Below are positions 8,559-17,736 of a stretch of DNA of 35,277 nucleotides, in pieces. Position numbers and translations under genes: made by a program. Origin of the DNA: Candidatus Heimdallarchaeota archaeon. Lineage in GTDB: Archaea > Asgardarchaeota > Heimdallarchaeia > Heimdallarchaeales > Heimdallarchaeaceae. The DNA is taken from contig JAAFKI010000053.1 of assembly GCA_021399345.1 (NCBI GenBank), forward strand, positions 1-35,277, written 5' to 3'. Position 1 is the stretch's first letter. The number at the start of each line of letters is the position of its first letter. The notes under the pieces were generated by a model. It made no database searches. It worked only from the letters and a program-made list of their open reading frames with translations, and was not told where the DNA came from.

Positions 8559-8798
8559 CTAGTGTAGTTTCTTAACGATATATTTGTCGTGATCATCAAG
8601 GTTGATAATTTCAACTAATTCATGCTTTGCTTTCTTAATCCAGGCAGGAACATCAGTACGGGTTCCTTCATCAGAGCTAAGAAGAGCTATATGTTCGCCT
8701 ACTTCAGCTTGACGAATCATTTTTATAAGCTCCATCATTGGTCCTGGGCAGAAAGAGCCCCTGGCGTCTACTTCTATTGCTATTTCATATTCGGTCAT
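8559..8798 (-). CDS. tusA: Sulfurtransferase TusA family protein
   Basis: VDARGSFCPGPMMEL; GGTGA RBS upstream. Confidence 0.93.
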   Translation of the reverse strand: MTEYEIAIEVDARGSFCPGPMMELIKMIRQAEVGEHIALLSSDEGTRTDVPAWIKKAKHELVEIINLDDHDKYIVKKLH

Positions 8799-8819
8799 AC
8801 ATTCACCGTTGTTTTCGAT

Positions 8820-8870
8820 TATGACACGTCAATGCACATCCGTTTTTAAGCATTTGCTTTTGTATACAAT
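8820..8870 (-). promoter_or_regulatory. Putative promoter/operator of the tusA-sqr operon
   Basis: TATA-like TTAAAAA (8849-8843) flanked by palindromes TTGTATACAA (8860-8869) and TGAC-N2-GTCA (8822-8831). Confidence 0.4.
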
Positions 8871-8953
8871 GGTATTTTACATATTTCTCATGACTGCTAT
8901 TCAGATCTCATTCGTGAATAGAGAAATTAATAAAGTCTAAAGTCCATCTCAAA

Positions 8954-10651
8954 ATGATGAACAAGAGAATTAAAGCCTATTCATTTTTCATTATATTTTT
9001 GATTCTAAACTCACAAAGTCTTACACAGATGATCTCTTCAGCATCTGTTTTTCATCAAGTAAAAGGCGACGATTCTGTTGTTTATAGATGGATATGGGAG
9101 GAGCTCGAAGGTGCTCCTGGAGCAATTAACGGTGAAGATGTTGTTTTTTGGGGAGATAGCTTAGGTCCTTATCACAATTATACAGAACTATCTTCAAAGC
9201 TGATTAACCTTAATTCAACATTTCCAGAATTCATTGATTTATTTTCGATCGGCCAAACCTGGCATGGGAGAGAAATCTGGTGTGTTAAGCTAACTAATGA
9301 AACGGTTACCACCTCTAAAACAGAATATTACATTGTTGGTGAACATCATGCTCGTGAGCTAATTTCAGTTGAGAACTGCCTGTATTTTATCGATAAGATT
9401 ATCTATGAAACAGGCTTTGGTCTATATGAAAATCTTCTGTCTTCAACTGAAATTTATGTTATTCCTATGCTCAATCCAGATGGCCTGTCGATCATGCATT
9501 TTTATCCAGAACAAAGAAAAAACCTTAGACCAATTGATGATGATGGAGATAATGTTACCGATGCTAATCTAGATGGCTTTCTTGATGACGAACTGGAGCG
9601 AATATATTTCTGGAATGATACTTCAAATATATCGGAAATATTGCTAGAAGACCTAGATGGTGATTTATCAATAGCTGAGGATTTACCAGGGGGAGTAGAT
9701 TTAAATCGAAACTATGGTGCATTTTGGAATGGATCAGGTTCTTCCCCTGATGAAATTGATCCGCTTTATAGAGGACCATCGCCTTTCAGTGAAAACGAAA
9801 CTCAAGCTCTTCGTGATTTTATGCAGCAACACTATTTCAATTTTGCTTTAAGCCTTCACAGTGGTATTAGAGCTATAATCCCACCTTGGGGCTACAATGG
9901 TTCTCTACCTTCAAAAGACGAAGCCGAATTTAATGCTTTAATGTTTCAGCTTAAATCCTTGACACTTTTTCCGTATTGGAATGAAACTGCGGGTTATCTA
10001 GCAAATGGTGTATGGGAGGATTATAGTTATCTTTATCATGATATCATTTGTTTTACTTTGGAAGTTTATGAAGCCGTCTGGAATGGGTATTACTTTGATT
10101 ACTTTAACCCCTCAGGAGATGGAATACTTAGTAACTGCGAAAATGTATTCAATGCTCTAGTTTTCATGGCGGAAGGTCCTCAATTAACATATTCAAACAG
10201 CTTACCTTCTATAGAAATCACAAATCCAAGAAGTCCCAACCAGGTTTTCGAAAATTATACGATTAGCTGGTCAATGTCCGATGAAGATGAAGACAGTTTG
10301 AATTGTTCAGTAATGGTATCCCCTGATGGGTACGATTGGATTGTATTGGCAAGTAATCTCATTAACGAAACAAGCTTTTTCTGGGATGTTCATGATTTTC
10401 AACCGGGATCTTATTATCTCAAAGTTGCAGTTTCTGATGGAAAAAATTGGATAACAGATACTGGTGAAGTCAGACTAAATGTTAACAAAGAAGCTGAAGG
10501 ATCCCAATTTGGTTTCTGGTTATTAGCAATTCTGTTTGGAGGGTTAGCTACAATCTTCATATTTTTCAATATCCGTAAACAAAAAGGTGTTAGCAAAGTA
10601 TGGGGCGGAGAACTTTACGAAGATGAACAGATAGAAGAAGGTGAAAAATAG
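8954..10651 (+). CDS. Membrane-anchored M14 zinc carboxypeptidase
   Basis: Signal peptide; HHARE, PMLNPDG, GVDLNRN, FSENET, SLHS, TLE; Ig-like C-domain, TM helix and acidic tail. Confidence 0.92.
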   Translation: MMNKRIKAYSFFIIFLILNSQSLTQMISSASVFHQVKGDDSVVYRWIWEELEGAPGAINGEDVVFWGDSLGPYHNYTELSSKLINLNSTFPEFIDLFSIGQTWHGREIWCVKLTNETVTTSKTEYYIVGEHHARELISVENCLYFIDKIIYETGFGLYENLLSSTEIYVIPMLNPDGLSIMHFYPEQRKNLRPIDDDGDNVTDANLDGFLDDELERIYFWNDTSNISEILLEDLDGDLSIAEDLPGGVDLNRNYGAFWNGSGSSPDEIDPLYRGPSPFSENETQALRDFMQQHYFNFALSLHSGIRAIIPPWGYNGSLPSKDEAEFNALMFQLKSLTLFPYWNETAGYLANGVWEDYSYLYHDIICFTLEVYEAVWNGYYFDYFNPSGDGILSNCENVFNALVFMAEGPQLTYSNSLPSIEITNPRSPNQVFENYTISWSMSDEDEDSLNCSVMVSPDGYDWIVLASNLINETSFFWDVHDFQPGSYYLKVAVSDGKNWITDTGEVRLNVNKEAEGSQFGFWLLAILFGGLATIFIFFNIRKQKGVSKVWGGELYEDEQIEEGEK

Positions 10652-10731
10652 TTTTCTAGCTGTGTAGCTAGCAAATTTTTTAAGTTAAGCAAATAAGATA
10701 TATTAGAGGAAAGGGTCAAAGGGGTTTCAAA

Positions 10732-11874
10732 ATGCATGATCCATTGTATGTAACACTGAAGTATGTTGTGGCAGCAGCTCTATTCTTAGGCTTTTTAGTT
10801 GCTATTTTCTTTGGACGAAGAAGACAAAATCCCTTCTATATTCCTTGGTCTGTTTTTCTGCTTTCTTTTGGTTTATTTCAAGTCATGGATGCACTAAATA
10901 ATCAATTTGGAGTATTTCAGAGAATCGAGGATGGGTTACCGCCAGTAGGTAATGATACACTGCTCTTTCGTATTCTTAATGTTACACAAGCCCTAGCAAT
11001 GATATTTCTTCTTGCAGCAAGTTTAGAACAATCAATGATTGTACCACCAAGAGCAAGCCGAATTATTGCAGCAAGTTTAACTATTTTAGTTCTGTATTTC
11101 ATAGTTATACCTTTAGAAAATACTCTTTTCAGCTTTGGAACTCTCACAATTTCAATTTATGACACAGTGATTACGGAATTCTATGGATTCATTTTCGGAT
11201 TCATTGTAATATGTAGTGCATTGTTATTGATTCCAGTTTTTATTAGATATGTCAAACTATCAGTAATTTCAAAGAACAGAAGGATAAGATGGAAAGCTTA
11301 CATTACTCTACTAGTGTTTTTGGTGTTGATCGGGTTAGCCTTTCTAATGACTGTCCGAAGAAAAATAAGTGAAAATGGGATGAATGAAAATGCTTTTGAT
11401 ATTTTTGAGATAATTTACTCATTTATTGTAGTATTACTTATAGTAATTTATCAGAGTCAATCCGTTTCCCATGGTATTGAAACAATCCTAGTCGTTGATA
11501 AAGAAGGCAATCCTCTCCTAGGTTATTCTCCTTTTAGAAGAAGTAGAATATCTTTTGAAGAGAAAATCATTGCAGCATCAGGATATCTTTCTGGTCTTTT
11601 TCATTTCATCCAAGATTATGTGGCAACTACAGACAAAGAAGAATTCAAAGAAATTAAAACTACTTCATCAACTCTCTCATTTTATGCTGGAGAGAAAATC
11701 TTTATGATTATTCAAACAAAAATCTCTGGCAACCGACTAGATAAATCAGCTAACATGACTCTCACAGAATTAGATGAGTTCTTAGTTGATTTTGAAGCAA
11801 ACAAATTACCGACAGAAAAACAAGTTGATGAGATGATTAATCTGTTAGAGAAAAACTTCTATTTGATTGCTTAA
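10732..11874 (+). CDS. Seven-TM membrane protein with C-terminal longin-like domain
   Basis: Seven hydrophobic segments, then IETILVVDKEGNPLL...AASGYLSGLFHF...FKEIKT, a longin/roadblock pattern. Confidence 0.7.
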   Translation: MHDPLYVTLKYVVAAALFLGFLVAIFFGRRRQNPFYIPWSVFLLSFGLFQVMDALNNQFGVFQRIEDGLPPVGNDTLLFRILNVTQALAMIFLLAASLEQSMIVPPRASRIIAASLTILVLYFIVIPLENTLFSFGTLTISIYDTVITEFYGFIFGFIVICSALLLIPVFIRYVKLSVISKNRRIRWKAYITLLVFLVLIGLAFLMTVRRKISENGMNENAFDIFEIIYSFIVVLLIVIYQSQSVSHGIETILVVDKEGNPLLGYSPFRRSRISFEEKIIAASGYLSGLFHFIQDYVATTDKEEFKEIKTTSSTLSFYAGEKIFMIIQTKISGNRLDKSANMTLTELDEFLVDFEANKLPTEKQVDEMINLLEKNFYLIA

Positions 11875-11918
11875 TTCAAGCACTAAAACTTATATCCTAA
11901 AAATCATATACTTCTTTA

Positions 11919-13235
11919 ATGCTATCCATTGCTTTTGTTCTAGGGACTAGACCAGAAATTATCAAATTAGCGCCAGTTATCCTAGAGGTTGAAAAAAGAA
12001 AAATTAAGCATACTATTATCCATACCGGACAACATTATGATAAGAATTTATCAGATGAAGTATTTGATTCATTAGATATTTGCTCACCTGATATTAATCT
12101 AGATGTTAGAACGAAGGTTCCACATAAACAACTTAGTGAGATGATAGCAAAAATCGGAGAAACTATTCTGGAGTTGAATCCCTCCATTGTACTGTCTGTA
12201 GGTGACACTATAAGCGTACTAGCTAGTTGCTTGGCTTGCGTTCAAAATGAAATTCCCTTTGGTCATATTGAAGCCGGTTTACGGTCATATGATTTTACAA
12301 TGCCAGAGGAAATAAACAGAAGATTGGTTGATCATATGTCTTCGATACTGTTTGCTCCATCAGAAAGAGCAATCCTTAATTTAAATAATGAGGGAATAGA
12401 TCCCAAAAGAATTTATCACACAGGAAACACAGTTATTGATTCTATAAGAATATTTAATGATTTAATCCATGAGAAAAAAACAGACTCAGCTGATAAAATA
12501 TTAGCGGAAATCAAAGAACCTTATGTTTTAACAACAATTCATAGAATAGCAAATGTTGAGAATAGAACAAATCTAGAAGAAATTGTAAAAGCATTAGTAA
12601 GTTATAAGGAACACTCAATAGTTCTCCTTATTCATCCAAGGACAAAGAAGAAACTGGAAGAATATGACCTTCTACAAAAGCTGAGTCAAAATAATAAGGT
12701 TCATCTTTACTCTCCTGTTGAATATCTTTCACTATTAAAACTGTTGAAACATAGAAGATGTTTGTTTGTGCTGACTGATTCAGGTGGATTACAGGAAGAA
12801 GCTTCTTTCTTAAGAAAACCATGTATAACAATTCGTCCTAATACAGAAAGACCAGAAACAGTTGAACAAGAGATTAATTTCTTGGTAAAAACGACAACTG
12901 CACAAATAATAAAAACAATTAAACAGGTTCTTTCTGAGGATTTTGAATATAGATTTAATTCATTTGGTTCTCCATACGGAAAGGGATATGCAAGCCAGAA
13001 AATAATCGATTTAATAGAAGCAAATTATACGTCTCTTTCTTATAAATCACCAGAAAATTATAGATCTGGTTCAAAATCATTTTACATTTTGGAACTAGGC
13101 ACATCTATAGAGAAGGAAGCTATTGAGGAACAATTTCAGTGCCAGTTAATTTCTGCGTTTGATGAAAATGGTTATCCTAAATTGATCAAAGATAAACTGA
13201 AAAAAGGGGATAGAGTTAGGATTTTGAAGGATTAA
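11919..13235 (+). CDS. wecB: UDP-N-acetylglucosamine 2-epimerase (non-hydrolysing)
   Basis: GTRPEIIK, TGQHYD, HIEAGLRS, PEEINR, TDSGGLQEEA, TERPE. Confidence 0.96.
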   Translation: MLSIAFVLGTRPEIIKLAPVILEVEKRKIKHTIIHTGQHYDKNLSDEVFDSLDICSPDINLDVRTKVPHKQLSEMIAKIGETILELNPSIVLSVGDTISVLASCLACVQNEIPFGHIEAGLRSYDFTMPEEINRRLVDHMSSILFAPSERAILNLNNEGIDPKRIYHTGNTVIDSIRIFNDLIHEKKTDSADKILAEIKEPYVLTTIHRIANVENRTNLEEIVKALVSYKEHSIVLLIHPRTKKKLEEYDLLQKLSQNNKVHLYSPVEYLSLLKLLKHRRCLFVLTDSGGLQEEASFLRKPCITIRPNTERPETVEQEINFLVKTTTAQIIKTIKQVLSEDFEYRFNSFGSPYGKGYASQKIIDLIEANYTSLSYKSPENYRSGSKSFYILELGTSIEKEAIEEQFQCQLISAFDENGYPKLIKDKLKKGDRVRILKD

Positions 13236-13236
13236 C

Positions 13237-14226
13237 CTACCAGTCTATTATATCCAATGACTTTAGTAGAACTCTGAAAGCTGCAAAAGTAGCTAATGTC
13301 CAGAATCCTGCAAGAATTATTTCTGACTTAATTTTATGAAGGAATCTAGGGACTATATTTGCAGTAATGATAGCTCCAGCAGCCATAAGAAAAACAATAT
13401 CCCATTGAATAGATGCAGCGGCGAATGTATCTGGTCCAAATATATCGAATGACCTAATTAGAACTGCAAAAGGAGTAGCAAATAGAATTACAAATGTTGA
13501 TGTAGCAGTTGCAATTCCAGCTGGAACACCTAAAGCCATAGTAAGTATTGGGACATAAATTACTCCACCACCAAGTCCAAGAGTAGCACCAACAAACCCC
13601 CCTACAATAGCAATGAAGATTCCAGGGAGTAGTTTTGCTCTGTAATTAAACTTAACTCCCCTCTTATCTTCAAAATTTCTGTAAAAAACAGTTCTTTTCC
13701 ACCAAGGTCTTTGCATTTGTTCTTGGTCACAATCTTCTTCTAAACATTCTTCATCTTCTGGAATCCAACCCTTCCGTTTTTTATTCCATGCTATAAAAAT
13801 CGTAGCAAATTTATATAGAGCTATTGTAATCATTGTTGCTCCAAAGATAATTTGAAAAACATCTTTATTGACATCTTGTGATTTTAACCATTGTGAAAAC
13901 AATGCACCTGAAATAGCTCCAGGTATTGCAAAAATCATAAATCTAAATGCTAAACTATAGTCTATTCTCTTTTCTCTAATATATGAAATAGAACCACTAA
14001 GGGCAGTGAAAATAATTACTCCCAAAGAAGTAGCAGTAGCTGTAGCTCCAAGAAGATTTTCATCAAAGTCTATTTTAGGTAATAACAACCATTTAAAGGC
14101 AATTAGCAATATTGGAACATTCAATAATCCTCCCCCTATACCAAATGTTGGGGAAACAGCACCACTTAGGAGTCCTGCAGCAAAAAGTGCAAGATACGCC
14201 CACCAGGGAAAAAATTCGAACAACAA
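13237..14226 (-). CDS. TauE/SafE family sulfite exporter
   Basis: Duplicated GIGGG/GLGGG...P and ATATS motifs; polytopic membrane protein. Confidence 0.92.
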   Translation of the reverse strand: MLFEFFPWWAYLALFAAGLLSGAVSPTFGIGGGLLNVPILLIAFKWLLLPKIDFDENLLGATATATSLGVIIFTALSGSISYIREKRIDYSLAFRFMIFAIPGAISGALFSQWLKSQDVNKDVFQIIFGATMITIALYKFATIFIAWNKKRKGWIPEDEECLEEDCDQEQMQRPWWKRTVFYRNFEDKRGVKFNYRAKLLPGIFIAIVGGFVGATLGLGGGVIYVPILTMALGVPAGIATATSTFVILFATPFAVLIRSFDIFGPDTFAAASIQWDIVFLMAAGAIITANIVPRFLHKIKSEIILAGFWTLATFAAFRVLLKSLDIIDW

Positions 14227-14342
14227 ATTTTAGCACCTTCTTATTTGAAATTCAAATAGAAGAGTTATTTAAAACTTTAGTGCAAGAACAAATTTAGTTT
14301 GTAGCAGAAATGATTTTAAACTACAAATATATGCTTGTAACA

Positions 14343-15203
14343 ATGAGTTTAGATGATGAATCCTCTTTAGCTGAGCATTTTTTTTCACTTATAGATAAGA
14401 AAACTATTTGGGAATTAGATATGATTTGTTCAATACTCAATATCAATGTTGAAGACTTTACAGGATTTATTAACAAATTTCCAATGGCTTATGGATTATC
14501 AGTACAAGGTAAGAAATTCTATATTACTCCAGAACTAGTGAATGATGCAATAGAGGAGATTAAGCAATCATTTGTAGACTGGTATCAACGAATAGCCCCA
14601 GATGGATTTTCTCAAGTTGTCCAAGCATCAATCCTGAAAAGAAGTGAAAAGGTTCTAAGTGATACTCCTGAGAGAATCTCGTCAAAAATCAAAATTTCTG
14701 TTTATGGAAACAATCATGTTGTAGAAAATGTATTAGATGAATTTCTTTCAAGAGTAGGATTACAACCTTCTTTCGACTATACTGGAGGATATGAGCCTAT
14801 TGATTTTCAGAAAAATATTGGAAATGATATTTATAATTGTCAGTTTATGATGATAAATTATAATAGGGATATGCTCTCATTGGCTAATCTCTTATTTGAG
14901 ATGCCTGAAGCGTTTTTGTTCATCTTTGACCCTCTAGATCAATTACAAATTGACAGATTAGTGAAAATGATTAAAATATTAATCTCAAAGAGAAAAAAAG
15001 ACCTCTTTATCACTTTTCTTGCAAGTGTCAAACCAGATATTTCTCATGACTCTTTGAGTGATGTTGCAAAAACTCTCTCATACTTAGTTGAGTATCTAGA
15101 AGAGAAACCTCATTTCAAAGTATCTTTTGCGATTTTATCATCTACTAATCAAATTGAGAGAAAAATTGCTGATTTAATCCAATCTGCTAGAATGTTATTT
15201 TGA
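14343..15203 (+). CDS. Hypothetical protein: winged-helix-like N-domain plus degenerate small-GTPase-like domain
   Basis: ORF open from 14310; ATG at 14343 likely. C-terminal half follows the Ras-fold strand order but has no P-loop. Confidence 0.55.
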   Translation: MSLDDESSLAEHFFSLIDKKTIWELDMICSILNINVEDFTGFINKFPMAYGLSVQGKKFYITPELVNDAIEEIKQSFVDWYQRIAPDGFSQVVQASILKRSEKVLSDTPERISSKIKISVYGNNHVVENVLDEFLSRVGLQPSFDYTGGYEPIDFQKNIGNDIYNCQFMMINYNRDMLSLANLLFEMPEAFLFIFDPLDQLQIDRLVKMIKILISKRKKDLFITFLASVKPDISHDSLSDVAKTLSYLVEYLEEKPHFKVSFAILSSTNQIERKIADLIQSARMLF

Positions 15204-15962
15204 CTTTAATTTTGTTTTAGGTTTAGATTCAGGTTTAGGTTTTGAGATATATTTTTCTTCAAGATAATCTGCAAGTTTAGGATAATTTCTGAAAGCAGGA
15301 AATAACTGATAAAAACCTGCAGCAAGAAATAAAAGAAAAATACCTGAAAAAGCCATACCTATGTAATTGAGGACATTAGTAATAACGGCATCTGTAATAC
15401 CTTCTTCCAATAATTTAGTTGTAACAATGAAACTAGTTACATATAGGATGTATGCAACTGCTTGAACAAGAAACGCGATAGAAACCAATGGAAGAGGATT
15501 TCTTGGTATAAGTTTTCTGATAAATGCTGTGACAAGATCCCTGTAGAAGAAATAGAAACCTGTAGCTAGTGTTATACAAGATAAAATTAAGATGGAATTA
15601 CCTATGTATACCATAACTAAACTTACTATCCAACGTGTAAGAATCAAAACCAATTGGGCTATGAGTAAAGCGGCACTACCACCAATTATTGTAAATGCTG
15701 TGATTTTCCCTTTTTCCCATTTAACAACTGGATCGTATGTCAAGTTATAAATTCCCCAGCTCATTCCGACAAGGCCCAGAACAATTGGAATATAGAGAAG
15801 ATGCTCTTGCATCCATCCAGGCAGGATCGTATCTAGAAATAAAGCTGTAAGTGCAGCAAGAAGTCCATAAAACAGAAATACCATTACAGAACTATTTAGA
15901 ATAAATTTTGAATGCTGCAGGCGATTAATTCTACTCACCTTCCACTTTGTTTTCTTGTTCAA
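15195..15962 (-). CDS. ~6-TM membrane protein (third of three tandem paralogues)
   Basis: Hydrophobic hairpins ending WGIYNL, TGFYFF, AGFYQL. Confidence 0.75.
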   Translation of the reverse strand: MNKKTKWKVSRINRLQHSKFILNSSVMVFLFYGLLAALTALFLDTILPGWMQEHLLYIPIVLGLVGMSWGIYNLTYDPVVKWEKGKITAFTIIGGSAALLIAQLVLILTRWIVSLVMVYIGNSILILSCITLATGFYFFYRDLVTAFIRKLIPRNPLPLVSIAFLVQAVAYILYVTSFIVTTKLLEEGITDAVITNVLNYIGMAFSGIFLLFLAAGFYQLFPAFRNYPKLADYLEEKYISKPKPESKPKTKLKSK

Positions 15963-16650
15963 TAGTTTTCTCAGTTTCTATTGCGTCTTCTTGTTCTCCA
16001 TTTTGATCTTCAACTATATATCCCCCCACCTGTATCATGTTTGTAATCGATGCTAAGCCAAAAAAACCTAATATTATTAGAAAAGCTGCAAGTAAGAAAA
16101 ATGATAATGAGAGGTTTAAGATCCATAACTCTAGTGACGAAGGATAAATTAGGACATTATACCAATTAATGATGGAGGGAGCTAATAGAATGACCATACC
16201 TAATGGAATATACCATTGCCCCTTTCTAGGGATATAATCATTTTTGTGAAGGGAGTCCAATGTAAATTTGAGAAAGATAAATCCAAAAGTAATTACTAGA
16301 TAATAAGTAATTAGAAAAACTAAATTGAAGTAAATGAAGGGTTTTGTATTCCATTCAGCTTTTGTGCTTACATATGACAAAATTATTCCAACAATTTCAA
16401 TAACTGATGATGTTATAAGAAGAATGCTAGCAATTTTCCATTTTTCTATTTTTCTCAATGATTTTCCAAGTCTTATCAAGCCTATTGAGAAAAGTATTAG
16501 TGTAAAATCAAAAGCTGCATCTATAATTACTACAATAATAAGACTATATTCTGCAAATAATAAACTACTTGCTACTCTCAACATTTGTATTATTGTTAAT
16601 AACCAAGCACTATAAACTAAATGTTTGGCTATATCGATTCTATCACTCAA
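15931..16650 (-). CDS. ~6-TM membrane protein (second paralogue)
   Basis: Hairpins ending IGLIRL, FGFIFL, LGFFGL. Confidence 0.75.
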   Translation of the reverse strand: MSDRIDIAKHLVYSAWLLTIIQMLRVASSLLFAEYSLIIVVIIDAAFDFTLILFSIGLIRLGKSLRKIEKWKIASILLITSSVIEIVGIILSYVSTKAEWNTKPFIYFNLVFLITYYLVITFGFIFLKFTLDSLHKNDYIPRKGQWYIPLGMVILLAPSIINWYNVLIYPSSLELWILNLSLSFFLLAAFLIILGFFGLASITNMIQVGGYIVEDQNGEQEDAIETEKTIEQENKVEGE

Positions 16651-16654
16651 TTTA

Positions 16655-17644
16655 CTAACCTTTCTTCAAATATGGATTAGTTTCTCCACAATCGCCGCAG
16701 AAAGCTGCATCATCATCTAGCTCTAAACCACATTTAACACAAAACATCTTCTTTGGCAAAGTAGAATCTTCGATTAATATTTCTTCAATTGGTTCTTGTG
16801 TTTTAGGAACAGGCTTAACTGGTGGTGGTGGTGCAAGTCCTCCGAATAATCCTCCCCTTCTACCTAGCATTCCTCCTCCTTGTTGTCTAGCTTCAGCCCG
16901 TTGAGCTTTAGCTTCTTCTATTCTTTGAAATAGTTCTTCAGGGATTTTATCCAAAGTTGCAAAAGCTCTTCGTAGATACCAGAAACCTAGCACAATCATG
17001 ACAAGATTCCCCATACTAAAGAAGTATTGAACCCAGAGAAGAATTTGGTATCCTTCTACAATTACTAACTCTTCACCTACATAATACGCATAGGTTTCTT
17101 GAGGAATAATAGTCTCCACAGTCAAATAAATGAATAATAGTGCAAAGCCTATAGGAAGTGAAAGTTGACCTCTATAGATATTTCTTCTTTGAATCGCAAA
17201 ACTATCGACAGCTTTTTTGAGTTGATAGAACCCAAATGTGAAAGCTGCTGCTGAAACAATATATGTGATGTTTACAGGTAGTTGTCTAAAGGGATCTGAA
17301 CTAACCAAAATTCCTACTGAATATAAAATATTTAATATTTTTGATACAAGAAGAACTATAGCTGCTGAACCAACTATTAAACTTGTAAAGAATATGATTT
17401 TGTTTTCTTCTTCCTTATGGAATAAATATAATCCATATGCCAACCATATCACCGCTAGGCTTTGTAATAAATTAAGTGCAATGTCGACATAAACAATTGC
17501 AGGACCACTACCTAGTAAATAAATAAACATACTTACCATCATTGTTAAAACATAAACCAAAGTTGAATTTGTAATATGTTTTCTGGTTGTATTCTTTATA
17601 CCTGATTCTGGTTGTAGCTCTATTTCACCCATCATACTAATCAT
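16655..17644 (-). CDS. ~6-TM membrane protein with C-terminal zinc ribbon (first paralogue)
   Basis: Hairpins ending YGLYLF, FGFYQL, LGFWYL; Gly/Pro-rich linker; FCVKCG...FCGDCG. Confidence 0.82.
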   Translation of the reverse strand: MISMMGEIELQPESGIKNTTRKHITNSTLVYVLTMMVSMFIYLLGSGPAIVYVDIALNLLQSLAVIWLAYGLYLFHKEEENKIIFFTSLIVGSAAIVLLVSKILNILYSVGILVSSDPFRQLPVNITYIVSAAAFTFGFYQLKKAVDSFAIQRRNIYRGQLSLPIGFALLFIYLTVETIIPQETYAYYVGEELVIVEGYQILLWVQYFFSMGNLVMIVLGFWYLRRAFATLDKIPEELFQRIEEAKAQRAEARQQGGGMLGRRGGLFGGLAPPPPVKPVPKTQEPIEEILIEDSTLPKKMFCVKCGLELDDDAAFCGDCGETNPYLKKG

Positions 17645-17736
17645 ACCTTATTAATGTATTATTTAAATTTGTGGAGTTATGATATTTTTGATTCGAGGAA
17701 AAAGGAAAGTATATAAGTACTCCCAAATACTCTTTT

